Counted from the first letter of the stretch, positions 56,601-63,940 are shown. The stretch: DNA of 64,000 nucleotides from Callorhinchus milii (GCF_018977255.1 NW_024704743.1:96288001-96352000); one strand, 5' to 3'. The notes: generated by a model not told the origin, from the letters alone. Translations and numbers: made by a program.

Positions 56601-58984
56601 CTGTCAACCCCCTCCTCTCTCATCACCACCATATTCAGCATGAAATACATCACCTGCTCCCTTTACCCCATCCCCACCCCTCTCCTTATCTCCCAGCTCC
56701 ACCTTCGTGCCCATCTACTCTACGACACCATCAATCTCTCCCTATCATCTGGCACCATTCCCATCTCCTTAAAGACAGCTATCATCACTCCCTTGCTTCC
56801 AGGACAACTGATGTCCTGACAGACTTTCTGTCAGACATCAAGTCTTGGATGAGAGCCAACTTTCTACAGCTGAATGTCAGCAAGACCAAGGCTTCCACAC
56901 CTCAGGCACTGGCAGTATCAGCATCCACGGATGCACACTCCACCTCTTCGAGCCACTCAGGAACCTAGGCGTCTTGTTTAACCCTCAACTGTCCTTTCTC
57001 CATCATATCCGTGCCATGACCCACTCTGCCTTCCCCCACCTCTGCAACATTGCTCAACTCCACCACTGCCTCACCCCTCAGGCTGCCAAAACCCTCATAC
57101 ACGCATTCATCACCTCAAGGTTCGACTACGGAAATCCCTCCTTGTCGACCTCCCCAACTCTTCCCTCCCAGCTGCAGATCATCCAGAACTTTGCAGCTCA
57201 TGTCCTCTTCCATACCAGGCTCCATGACCCCATCACCCCTACCCTCGCCCGGCTCCACTGGATCCCCATCCTTCAGAGGATGGAATTCAAAGTCCTCATC
57301 CTCACTTTCAAGGACCTCCATGGCCTTGCCCCCTCCTATCTCTCTGATCTGCTGACCCCCTATCAACCTGTCCGCTCCCTCCATTCAGCAGCCTGCTCCA
57401 TGCCTTCCGCCCGACCAGCCCTACTATCGGCGACTGGACTCTCAACCTCTCTGCCTCCACCCTTTGGTACTCCATCCCACAGTCCCTTCATCTTGCTCCC
57501 TCCCTTGGCTCCTTCAAGGCACGACCCTCCCCTTCGACCGTGCCTTCAGCCGCCCTCCTACCGCCCTCCCTTATCCCAACCCTGCCCCCATGCTCGGGTC
57601 CTGATCCTTGACTGTTCAGCACGTTGGGACAGCCTCCCAACGTGAAAGGCACTTTACAAATGTAATTTTGTTGTTATTATGTGTGCACAGTCTCTGTGAG
57701 ACTGTTTCAATAGTTTGTTTGTATGTTATGTTTCTCAAAAGCTTTGTTGAATGTTTGAATGCTACAAATACCAGATAAGAGATAATTCTGAATATGGGCA
57801 AGACATTAGTTAGGCCACAATTGGAGTTGAGTTGAGTGGCTTTGGATAATCTGTTATAGAAAGGACGTCACAGCCATGGAGAAGGTCCACGAGAAATTCA
57901 CTTGGTTAATACTAGGGAAAGGGATTATGGTTATGTTGGGTAATTTGAATAGATGGGATTATTTTCGCTGGCCCAGAGAAGAGGGTTCTAATTGAAGGGT
58001 TTAAAATAAATGCCATTAGTTTCTCCAGTGTTTTATTTATTCCTGATTTACATTATGTGAAATTCACAGTGGAGAATGCAGTAAACCATTATTGGCTGTT
58101 GTAAACTTTCCAAATACATTCCAAGTAACATTTATAAAAATCAAATGCTGGCTATATGTTAATCAATTGGTGTATTGCTTTCAGGGATAATAATCCCTCA
58201 AAAAAAAATCGTCACTCAATCCATGATTGTTTATGGGACATTGCTTTGTGCATTGGCTACGCATTTCGCCCACAAAATACACAGTCAATCCACTTTACAA
58301 TATATTCTGTAAAGTGCTTTGAGACATCTCAAAGATGTGATGAAGCGCTATATCAAATATACAGACTATTATTAAAACTAAGTGGGTTCATTTCAATTGA
58401 TTCTTCCTGTGCACTTTCAAGGCAAAACTGTGAGACCACCAACATTTGTCAATGGAAATTTGCCAATTTCCAGTTAATTCATTTTTAATTCTATCTCTGA
58501 TCAACCCTGTCAATTTTTTTTTAACCTCAAATCCTCATGTGCTGTTTTGTTCCGTGTTTAGAATGGCTATGACATCAGTGAACTAAAGAAACCTCTGCGA
58601 ACAAGCCTGTCCCAGTCATCCTCAGCAACAACAGCTCCACTGCTAAAGGTCTCTCCCGATTCACAAGAGAAACCACAGGCGAGTCTGAATCCTGGCCTTA
58701 ACATGACCCCTGCTGAAATCAGTGCATCCAGTACATTAGACTTCAAGAAGTATGTGTCTCGGATTATCTGGGATGCAGACAATGACCTGCGAGCCATCCC
58801 TGAGGACACGGTGCACGTTTACTGCTTTGAGGGCCGGGGCTCACTGGCTGGCAGCCTCAGCTCTGTGGAAACATCCAGCATCGAGGAAGACTTGAACTAC
58901 GATTATCTCAGAGACTGGGGCTCAAAGTTTGACAAACTGAAAGAGTTTTGTGGCCATAAACAGGACATTAGCGTACAATGTTAG
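5472..58984 (+). CDS. Type III (DN-cadherin-like / neural-cadherin-like) classical cadherin gene, 5'-partial, 30 coding exons
   Basis: 30 GT-AG exons join in frame (7186 nt) to a TAG at 58982-58984. Contains 13 DxNDxxP-type linkers (>=14 EC repeats), an NC domain, EGF-LamG-EGF-LamG-EGF-EGF, a TM helix and a classical cadherin tail ([22 protein letters not shown]...[10 protein letters not shown]). Confidence 0.95.
6930..7068. repeat. Imperfect (TG)n/(CT)n microsatellite
   Basis: Direct inspection. Confidence 0.75.
8622..8733 (+). CDS. Cadherin exon 2
   Basis: ttgcag|GTA...CAA G|gttgta; [15 protein letters not shown]...PVGTSLLQ. Confidence 0.9.
11812..12061 (+). CDS. Cadherin exon 3
   Basis: gagcag|TG...AAC AT|gtatgt; ARDCDTG...AVDKGHPP...NVNDEAPVF; the phase-2 end is required by the next exon. 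Confidence 0.9.
14183..14325 (+). CDS. Cadherin exon 4
   Basis: cccag|C TAC...AAA G|gtaata; [26 protein letters not shown]. Confidence 0.92.
14674..14990 (+). mobile_element. tRNA-derived SINE with L2-type tail (short variant)
   Basis: A box (cagtggttagagc), B box (gagttcaattcc), shared body, (TTA)n tail. Confidence 0.88.
16668..17418 (+). mobile_element. 5'-truncated LINE-2, near-identical to the copy at 3345-4080
   Basis: [19 protein letters not shown]...; stem-loop 3' end and (TTG)n tail. Confidence 0.9.
17798..17970 (+). CDS. Cadherin exon 5
   Basis: caccag|GT...GAG|gtaggc; [10 protein letters not shown]...[11 protein letters not shown]. Confidence 0.92.
19973..20141 (+). CDS. Cadherin exon 6
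   Basis: ttgcag|TGT...ACC G|gtgagt; [25 protein letters not shown]. Confidence 0.92.
20650..20960 (-). mobile_element. LINE-2 3' fragment
   Basis: [18 protein letters not shown]...WNS...[10 protein letters not shown]. Confidence 0.82.
21368..21538 (+). CDS. Cadherin exon 7
   Basis: Not in the ORF track; read directly. ctgcag|GC...CAA T|gtaagg; [18 protein letters not shown]...[10 protein letters not shown]. Confidence 0.92.
22118..22437 (+). mobile_element. tRNA-derived SINE (short variant) nested in an older SINE
   Basis: gtcctgtagctcagtggttagagc...gagttcaattcc; flanks attacaaagt / attataaagt resemble a TSD. Confidence 0.9.
23604..23776 (+). CDS. Cadherin exon 8
   Basis: cactag|AC...CAG|gtactg; [20 protein letters not shown]...[10 protein letters not shown]. 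Confidence 0.92.
24597..24764 (+). CDS. Cadherin exon 9
   Basis: Read directly. ttctag|GTA...GTG|gtacgt; [29 protein letters not shown]. Confidence 0.9.
24975..25169 (+). mobile_element. tRNA-derived SINE, 3'-truncated, abutting an L2 fragment
   Basis: Intact A/B boxes (ggttcgattcc); same body as 22118-22320. Confidence 0.85.
25172..25690 (-). mobile_element. LINE-2 RT fragment
   Basis: [17 protein letters not shown] (degenerate YADD), LQLNVAKTE. Confidence 0.88.
29342..29591 (+). CDS. Cadherin exon 10
   Basis: tttcag|ACC...ACA G|gtacag; [11 protein letters not shown]...[19 protein letters not shown]. Confidence 0.92.
29755..29875. repeat. Imperfect (CA)n microsatellite
   Basis: Direct inspection. 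Confidence 0.8.
29983..30110 (+). CDS. Cadherin exon 11
   Basis: ggcag|AT...AAG|gtgagc; DVNDNVPFF...SATDLDTG. Confidence 0.93.
30798..30984 (+). CDS. Cadherin exon 12
   Basis: ccgtag|GTG...ACA G|gtgaag; FSIDFETG...[17 protein letters not shown]. Confidence 0.92.
31204..31816. mobile_element. Non-autonomous Tc1/mariner-pogo (Tigger-like) DNA transposon remnant
   Basis: Terminal inverted repeats ta|CAGTCAAATCTG ... CAGGTTTGACTG|tg; TA target on the left side. Confidence 0.6.
33442..33585 (+). CDS. Cadherin exon 13
   Basis: tcacag|AT...GAA G|gtacga; [10 protein letters not shown]...ANDEDE. Confidence 0.93.
34329..34612 (+). CDS. Cadherin exon 14
   Basis: ttgcag|GG...CAG|gtactc; [18 protein letters not shown]...NKNDEAPIF. 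Confidence 0.93.
34840..35405 (+). mobile_element. LINE-2 3' fragment
   Basis: [10 protein letters not shown]...[13 protein letters not shown]...WNSIP; L2 3' stem-loop. Confidence 0.88.
35775..37392 (+). CDS. Cadherin exon 15 (1618-nt giant exon, ~5 EC repeats)
   Basis: ttttag|GTA...AAT G|gtaagc; contains the 518-aa ORF with repeated LDRE/LDYE, DxND and AxDxG motifs. Confidence 0.96.
38506..38599 (+). CDS. Cadherin exon 16
   Basis: Read directly. tattag|GT...CCC AG|gtaagc; [23 protein letters not shown]. Confidence 0.9.
39745..40068 (+). mobile_element. CR1 LINE 3' end
   Basis: ESRVKGH...[17 protein letters not shown]...FKTEVDRFL, then a CR1-type 3' UTR (gggctgaatggcctgctcctg). Confidence 0.85.
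40096..40280 (+). CDS. Cadherin exon 17 (last EC / start of NC domain)
   Basis: ttctag|G...AGT G|gtgagt; [10 protein letters not shown]...[10 protein letters not shown]. Confidence 0.9.
40388..40759 (+). mobile_element. tRNA-derived SINE (long variant)
   Basis: A/B boxes, extra internal ~60-nt segment, L2-type tail. Confidence 0.88.
40823..41055 (+). CDS. Cadherin exon 18 (NC domain)
   Basis: aaacag|AT...GAG|gtttgt; DITAEEFI...VHIFSI...[20 protein letters not shown]. Confidence 0.9.
42175..42452 (+). CDS. Cadherin exon 19 (Cys-rich / EGF)
   Basis: tcctag|CTG...TTC AG|gtaatt; [15 protein letters not shown]. Confidence 0.92.
43658..43872 (+). CDS. Cadherin exon 20 (EGF / laminin-G 1)
   Basis: ggacag|G...TTA G|gtataa; [12 protein letters not shown]...FRGHGYAWF...NGLLLYNGP. 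Confidence 0.93.
44657..44784 (+). CDS. Cadherin exon 21 (laminin-G 1)
   Basis: Read directly. acacag|AG...AAG|gtatat; [16 protein letters not shown]...[11 protein letters not shown]. Confidence 0.92.
44951..45044 (+). pseudogene. 5'-truncated 5S rRNA pseudogene
   Basis: atctcagaagctaagcagggtcagggctggttagtacttagatgggagaccatctggaaacaccaggtgctgtaggc matches the 3' three quarters of vertebrate 5S rRNA; CpGs decayed to TpG/CpA. Confidence 0.9.
45620..45747 (+). CDS. Cadherin exon 22 (laminin-G 1)
   Basis: ttacag|AGA...GCA AG|gtatga; RVKMTLDQC...CEISGETPG. Confidence 0.9.
46865..46988 (+). CDS. Cadherin exon 23 (laminin-G 1 end)
   Basis: caccag|G...AAG|gtaagg; [13 protein letters not shown]...FVGCVRNL. 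Confidence 0.93.
47369..47727 (-). mobile_element. tRNA-derived SINE (long variant)
   Basis: Reverse complement of the 40388 family. Confidence 0.85.
47981..48161 (+). CDS. Cadherin exon 24 (EGF)
   Basis: ccacag|GTA...AAA G|gtaatg; CGVHGKC...[14 protein letters not shown]. Confidence 0.93.
50322..50488 (+). CDS. Cadherin exon 25 (laminin-G 2)
   Basis: ccgtag|CT...GAG|gtagaa; [14 protein letters not shown]...SEYIVLE. Confidence 0.9.
51069..51333 (+). CDS. Cadherin exon 26 (laminin-G 2)
   Basis: aaatag|ATT...CAA G|gtatag; [14 protein letters not shown]...VDNGEWTIV. Confidence 0.9.
51384..51810 (+). mobile_element. DeuSINE-like element (tRNA head, Deu-type core, L2-type tail)
   Basis: Core gtcctttggatgagatagtaaaccaagg...aagagaagggagtttctcccggtgtcctgg resembles the Deu domain as recalled. 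Related copies at ~1-150(-), 205-405, 8095-8365, 21781-22520, 37535-37840, 41640-41900, 42520-42790. Confidence 0.7.
51913..52093 (+). CDS. Cadherin exon 27 (laminin-G 2 end / EGF)
   Basis: attcag|GC...TGC AG|gtaggg; [10 protein letters not shown]...[10 protein letters not shown]. Confidence 0.93.
52350..52680 (+). mobile_element. LINE-2 3' end fragment
   Basis: Nucleotide similarity to 35090-35400. Confidence 0.8.
52788..53041 (+). CDS. Cadherin exon 28 (EGF and first half of TM helix)
   Basis: ttgcag|G...TTA G|gtactt; CRNGGTC...[13 protein letters not shown]...[12 protein letters not shown]. Confidence 0.93.
53550..55130 (+). mobile_element. 5'-truncated LINE-2 with RT core (frameshifts and stops)
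   Basis: [39 protein letters not shown]; (TTG)n tail at ~55116-55130. Confidence 0.93.
55340..55590 (-). mobile_element. LF-SINE-like ancient element
   Basis: agtggcacattcttcatgtgtgaacctagacagtg...ggcaggctattt resembles the reverse complement of LF-SINE as recalled. Related copies at ~16040-16370, 30380-30625, 38790-39120, 44370-44535, 53400-53530 plus 55131-55300, and 23840-24030(+). Confidence 0.6.
55626..55780 (+). CDS. Cadherin exon 29 (TM end, p120-binding juxtamembrane domain)
   Basis: tttcag|TT...CAG|gtatgg; VLVVGFSVW...[20 protein letters not shown]. Confidence 0.95.
55965..57678 (+). mobile_element. Internally deleted LINE-2
   Basis: Pre-RT segment (AAERTWLKS...KTAIITPLL) joined to post-YADD segment; L2 3' tail. 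Confidence 0.88.
57720..58010 (+). mobile_element. Degenerate CR1 ORF2 fragment
   Basis: 'acattagttaggccacaattggag' (TLVRPQLE) and 'atggagaaggtcca' resemble CR1 C-terminal motifs. Confidence 0.6.
58562..58984 (+). CDS. Cadherin terminal coding exon 30 (beta-catenin-binding domain)
   Basis: gtttag|[20 protein letters not shown]...[13 protein letters not shown]...[14 protein letters not shown]...SVQC*. Confidence 0.95.
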   Translation, partial: NGYDISELKKPLRTSLSQSSSATTAPLLKVSPDSQEKPQASLNPGLNMTPAEISASSTLDFKKYVSRIIWDADNDLRAIPEDTVHVYCFEGRGSLAGSLSSVETSSIEEDLNYDYLRDWGSKFDKLKEFCGHKQDISVQC

Positions 58985-60345
58985 GGAGAGGGATCGTAGT
59001 CGCCCAGAACATTTTGGAAATCCCTGATGACAAATCACCTGCAATATTATCTAGCCATTCCATTTCTAGATTATTTTGAAAATCATTAAAATGTTATACT
59101 TTTAAAAGATGAAGCTGAATTTCAAACACGTCAGGTCTGCACATAAAATGAGAGGAGAGCAAGTTGCTCTTTTTTTAAAAAAAACTAGTTGTGTTGAACG
59201 TTTTGTGTTGTGGTGCTTTCAGACAGTCGTTTTTTTTTAATTATAATGGCGTTTACAAAGACACTCAGCATTATACAAAGGACATTTGCATATATGCTGG
59301 TTTCTAGTGGATGAAATGTACAAAGAACGTAAATTGTATCTGCCTTGCAGAGGTAGAGTCAAATATATAAGGACCACAAGCCAAAGATGAGGTTCAATCC
59401 CACATTAATGTCAGTAATGAAAACAAAGCTACTGATCTTCCAAGCGATCCTAAAACCTGACTCATTTGGAATACAAAGTTCTCCTGTGCTACCATCCCAG
59501 ATGTCAGAACTTACAATTGTAAAACTTCCTGATGGAAACATTTGTCCTAGCCAATGCTTTTCGAAAACACGAGGGGTGAAAAGTGCAATGTTTCATAACA
59601 ATTAATATTTATCAAACACATTAGCGAATCTTGAAGCATCACATTTTTCAGCTCATTGAACTCTGTAAATATCATGTGGAACATTATCCATGGTAACTGA
59701 TGTACCAACTCTTACAGTAACTCACTACCATTGGATTATGGTGTGGTCCCTCTGAGAATTACAAACTAGATTGTAAGCACCCAGCAGTACTGTCCTCTTT
59801 CAAATGGTGTTAAATTATTTTTGTACCATAGCACGTTAAATATTTCTTTGAGATGTATTTATTTTGTGTATGTTAATCTTCTGTACTGAATTTTAGTGTA
59901 TTGGTGTAATTTACAATTGGAAGGCAATGCGCTCTTCTCTGATTCTCCTCCACTTGACGAATACTGCCTGAATATTGGACTGTTAATGCTTACAAGAATA
60001 CTGAGGTTCTTGGGGATAAGTGTCCCAGTGATGGAGGAACAGTTCTTAATAATGTATTACTGTGATAGTATCCATCAATGGATCAATTGAAATACAATGC
60101 TCATTAGCAAGAGGAAATTCTATTTACTGTGGATTGGGTGGTTAACCAAAGGTTAACTGGTGTTAGAATTTGCTAAACCTGTAAGCTATAATAGCATGCT
60201 CTGTTGCATTGAGAGTATGCTAACTCTAAGGTTGTAATGGAATTAATTTCTTTTTAAGTTATTTATATTTTCCCCCCACTTCCCTTCTTTATGACTGCCC
60301 ACTTAGACCAAACAGAGACTGCAGACATTCAGGTTGCTGCAAGAG

Positions 60346-60826
60346 GAGTCCTGTGGAAAATTGGTTATAGCACTCGCCTTGCAAGCAAGAGGACCTGGGT
60401 TCGATTCCTGGGTAGACAAGTCTCCTTACTCCACATGCCTCTGTTTACTTATAATAATAATAATAATAATCCTTGCATTTGATATAGTGCTTTTCATGTC
60501 TTCTAGACATCTCAAAGCGCTTCACAGAATATGCTGTAAAGTGAATTGACCATATATTTGTGGGCAAAACGCGGCAGCCAATTGCACACAGCAGTGTCCC
60601 ACAAACAATCGTGGATTGAAACTTAGCAGTAAGTAGGAACCCAGTTGTTAGTCGAATGGTGGATCGCTTAAAAAAAAATTGGTCACTCAATCCATGACTG
60701 TTGGTGGGACACTGTTGTGCACAATTGCAATCACAGTCAATTCACTTTACAGTATATCCTATGAAGCACATTGAGACGTCTCAATGACATGATAAGGCGC
60801 TATATCAAATACAAGAATTATTATTC
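60346..60826 (+). mobile_element. tRNA-derived SINE interrupted by an inverted copy of the same family (60452-60620)
   Basis: Head 60346-60451, minus-strand tail 60452-60620, body resumes at 60621; ACTTA duplicated at both junctions. Confidence 0.88.
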
Positions 60827-61416
60827 TACAAAGTCTTGAAAGTATGGCTGAGTTATGCACTGGCAGACGAGAGGGAGAAATCACTTGGAAGGGTCAGAAA
60901 AGCATTGTCTTTTATGAACATTTAGGAAACATAGGCATCAAAATGTAAATTTTGCTGCATTTTATGAATTCCCAAACTATTGGGGGAGGGGAGGAGATAT
61001 GTGTCTGCTCCCATGTCCCATGCATGCTAATGATATTATAGGTTATAATGTGAGTTACAATCAGCCACTGGGGTTTTACAAGTTCTTTTGTCTGCTGACA
61101 AATAGCAATTGTTTACTTGTATATAGCATCCTAGAAAGGTTACAGCACAGACAGAGGCCATTTGGCCCATCATATCCAACCTTAACAAACGTTAAATGGA
61201 AGGGCAAGAAATTGACAAAGAAAGGTCATGGTTATTTCACATGCTTCATCAAAAAAATGTGCACCATGTTTTTGTAACTTTTATAAATGTTTCATTAGTT
61301 ATCTCCGGGAGAATGATTTTTTTTCAAAAGAAAGTAGTCAGACTGGATTGTAAATATAAATGTATACCGTTTTCTACACAATTAAATGTTCCTATTTCTC
61401 TTCATGCTTGGACGTT

Positions 61417-61422
61417 AATAAA
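61417..61422 (+). promoter_or_regulatory. Candidate polyadenylation signal of the cadherin mRNA (3' UTR ~2.4 kb)
   Basis: First canonical AATAAA I found after the stop codon; followed by T/GT-rich sequence. Confidence 0.5.
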
Positions 61423-62384
61423 ACATCCTGTCACTTTCTTTTCAGTGTTTTTTCCTTGTCATATGTCAATCTACAGTAAGGGACTCTCTCTCTCTACAGT
61501 AGGGATCTGATAGCTGCTGGAAGGCATTACCTGGAATCTGAGTTTGTGAACACACGTTCGTACACCAATACCTGGAATCCTCTTTGATTGATTTGCAGAG
61601 AAGCAAGCCGCTGATGATTAAACTCCACACCTCCAATTGGTGGAACCATTGCTCAATGGGAAGGGATGTGTGCCCGGGCTGCGGACAGGCAGATGATGGC
61701 AATGCTCTCACGCATTTCATGCTGAGATGGGTTGCCCACCGGGAAGCTCATAGGGAATCCTTGGTACCTATCATCGACTTAGTGAGGATTCAAACCCGTG
61801 CCTGTCAGATGTCGAATGACCACCTTGTGATTATCCTCTGGGGTGTGCGGTGGGGGAGGTAAGACAGTCTCCTTGGAGCAGACCTTGCTCCAATGTGACA
61901 ACCTGGCAGTGGAATGTCGGAATTGAGCCAGTCCTCTGTGGCAGTCTTTGTAGTTTGGTTCCAGAGCCAGGAGGGTCCATAAAAGTGCAGAGCACTGACA
62001 GCACAGTCAGTCTGGCTCATCAGCAGGACCTGGAAGGGCACACCAGCCATTGGGGATGGGGTGTCATCCCACTCAGCTCCTGTTAACCCTGCAAGCCAAA
62101 GCTTTAATGGGTAGGATGGTCCTAGCTGGACAAGCAGTGGGAAAGCTTGCCGGACAGTGATATCTGGCAATGGCGTATCAATGCAGTTTTAGCTGGTTAA
62201 ACTCCAGCAGTATCACAACACACATTAAGGGGTTCCCAAGCCTTGGCTTTTCCCAACCTGCACCTAATACTTCCCAGAATTAGGTTCACAGAATGCATTT
62301 GTCCAGGGAGAGAGTGCACATTTCATTCCAACACTCTATCTCTGGAATTTCCATGTATAGGTGGGATGAATGGAATATTCATAA

Positions 62385-62830
62385 CCTCAGTCGCTGGCAG
62401 CATCAGCCTCCACGGCTGCACACTCGACCTCACTAAGCCAGTCAGGAACCTGGGTATCTTGTTTGACCCTGAACTGTCCTTTCTCCCCCACACCTGCGCC
62501 ATGACCGGCACTGCCTACCACCACCTCCGCAACATTGCCAAACCCCACCACTGCCTCACCCCTCAGGCTGCCGAAACCCTCACCCACGCATTCGTCACAT
62601 CAAGGCTCGATTATGGGAACTCCCTCCTCATCGGCCTTCCCAACTCTTCCCTTCACAAGCTGCAGGTCATCCAAAACTCTGCAGCTCGTGTACTCTCACG
62701 CACCAGGCTCCGCGACCCCATCACTCCCACCCTCGCCCGACTCCACTGACTCCCCATCCCTCAGAGGATCGAATTCAAGATCCTCATCCTCACCTTCACG
62801 ACCCTCCACAGCCTTGCCCCTCCCTACCTC
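62385..62830 (+). mobile_element. LINE-2 fragment (3'-truncated)
   Basis: KPVRNLGILFD...SRLDYGNS...QNSAAR...[10 protein letters not shown]. Confidence 0.88.
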
Positions 62831-62944
62831 GGGGTTTTTATTTGCAGTAAAAGTCTCTACAGCCAATAGTTTTCTCTCTCACTCTCTGCAGTAGGAGTCT
62901 CCCTTCTCTCTATCTTCACTGGGGTCTCTCTCTATTAGAGGGAT

Positions 62945-63140
62945 AAATAAATAAATAAATATGATCCTTGCATTTTGATATAGCGCTTTTCACGTCGGGA
63001 GGACGTCCCGAAGCGCTTCACAGAACACACTGTAGAGTGAATCGACTGTATATTTGTGGGCGAATGCGGCAGCCAATTGCGCACAGCAATGTCCCACAAA
63101 CAGTCGTGGATTGAAAATGACCAATTTATCATTGTTTTTT
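62945..63140 (-). mobile_element. 5'-truncated SINE tail
   Basis: Reverse complement of the SINE 3' half; CpGs preserved; (TTTA)n tail. Confidence 0.82.
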
Positions 63141-63198
63141 TTCTCTGTCTCTCTCTCTCTCTCTCTCTTTGTTAGAGTCTCTGTGTGTCTCTCTCTCT

Positions 63199-63548
63199 GC
63201 AGTGAGAGACTCTCTCCGGTAGAGGGCGCTGTGTGAGTGCAGTGAGAGACTCTCTCCGGAAGAGGGCGCTGTGTGAGTGCAGTGAGAGACTCTCTCCGGA
63301 AGAGGGCGCTGTGTGAGTGCAGTGAGAGACTCTCTCCGGTAGAGGGCGCTGTGTGAGTGCAGTGAGAGACTCTCTCCGGTAGAGGGCGCTGTGTGAGTGC
63401 AGTGAGCGACTCTCTCCGGTAGAGGGCGCTGTGTGAGTGCAGTGAGAGACTCTCTCCGGTAGAGGGCGCTGTGTGAGTGCAGTGAGAGACTCTCTCCGGT
63501 AGAGGGCGCTGTGTGAGTGCAGTGAGAGACTCTCTCCGGTAGAGGGCG

Positions 63549-63550
<2 letters not shown>
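63199..63550 (+). repeat. 40-bp minisatellite, ~8.8 copies (GCAGTGAGAGACTCTCTCCGG[T/A]AGAGGGCGCTGTGTGAGT)
   Basis: Exact 40-nt period; only three single-base variants among the units. Confidence 0.97.
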
Positions 63551-63582
<32 letters not shown>

Positions 63583-63589
63583 CTCTGAC

Positions 63590-63800
63590 CCGGTTGTGTT
63601 TGGACAGGAAGTGTTTGTGTGACCGCGGGTCGCGGCGCTGTTTGAAGCCGCGGCTTCACGTCCCTCCTGTTGTGGCTGAGGCTGAGGCTGAGACCCCGAC
63701 CCTGTGGGTGAGTCACTGCAGTGGGGGTTCACGGGCAGGAGGTGGGGGGAGAGAGAGAGGTCAGTGAGAGGGGAGTCAGTGCGGAGCGGCCTCAGCCCTC
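63590..63800 (+). promoter_or_regulatory. CpG-rich promoter / first-exon-like segment of a neighbouring gene
   Basis: CpG cluster in a CpG-poor window; ETS-type CAGGAAGTG at 63605; splice donor G|GTGAGT at 63708. Confidence 0.4.
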
Positions 63801-63833
63801 ACACTGTGATCATCGTAGTTTGTAACCAACGCT

Positions 63834-63940
63834 CCACACACACAGACACACACACAGACACAGACACACACCCCCTACACCCACCCACACACACACATAC
63901 ACACACAGACACACACAGACACACACACACACACCCCCTA

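Noticed and set aside
58964..58984. C-terminal SVQC as a PDZ-binding or prenylation signal
   Set aside because: Does not fit CaaX and fits PDZ classes only loosely; cannot be supported without orthologue conservation.
3345..62830. Reverse-transcriptase ORFs as a retron/DGR-like or domesticated RT system
   Set aside because: All are truncated, frameshifted LINE-2 copies with typical tails; there is no intact RT and no associated template structure.
63199..63550. CRISPR-like appearance of the 40-bp repeat
   Set aside because: Units are head-to-tail with no unique spacers, there are no cas genes, and the DNA is eukaryotic.
63129..63732. 195-aa and 186-aa minus-strand ORFs
   Set aside because: They are translations of the minisatellite and microsatellites.
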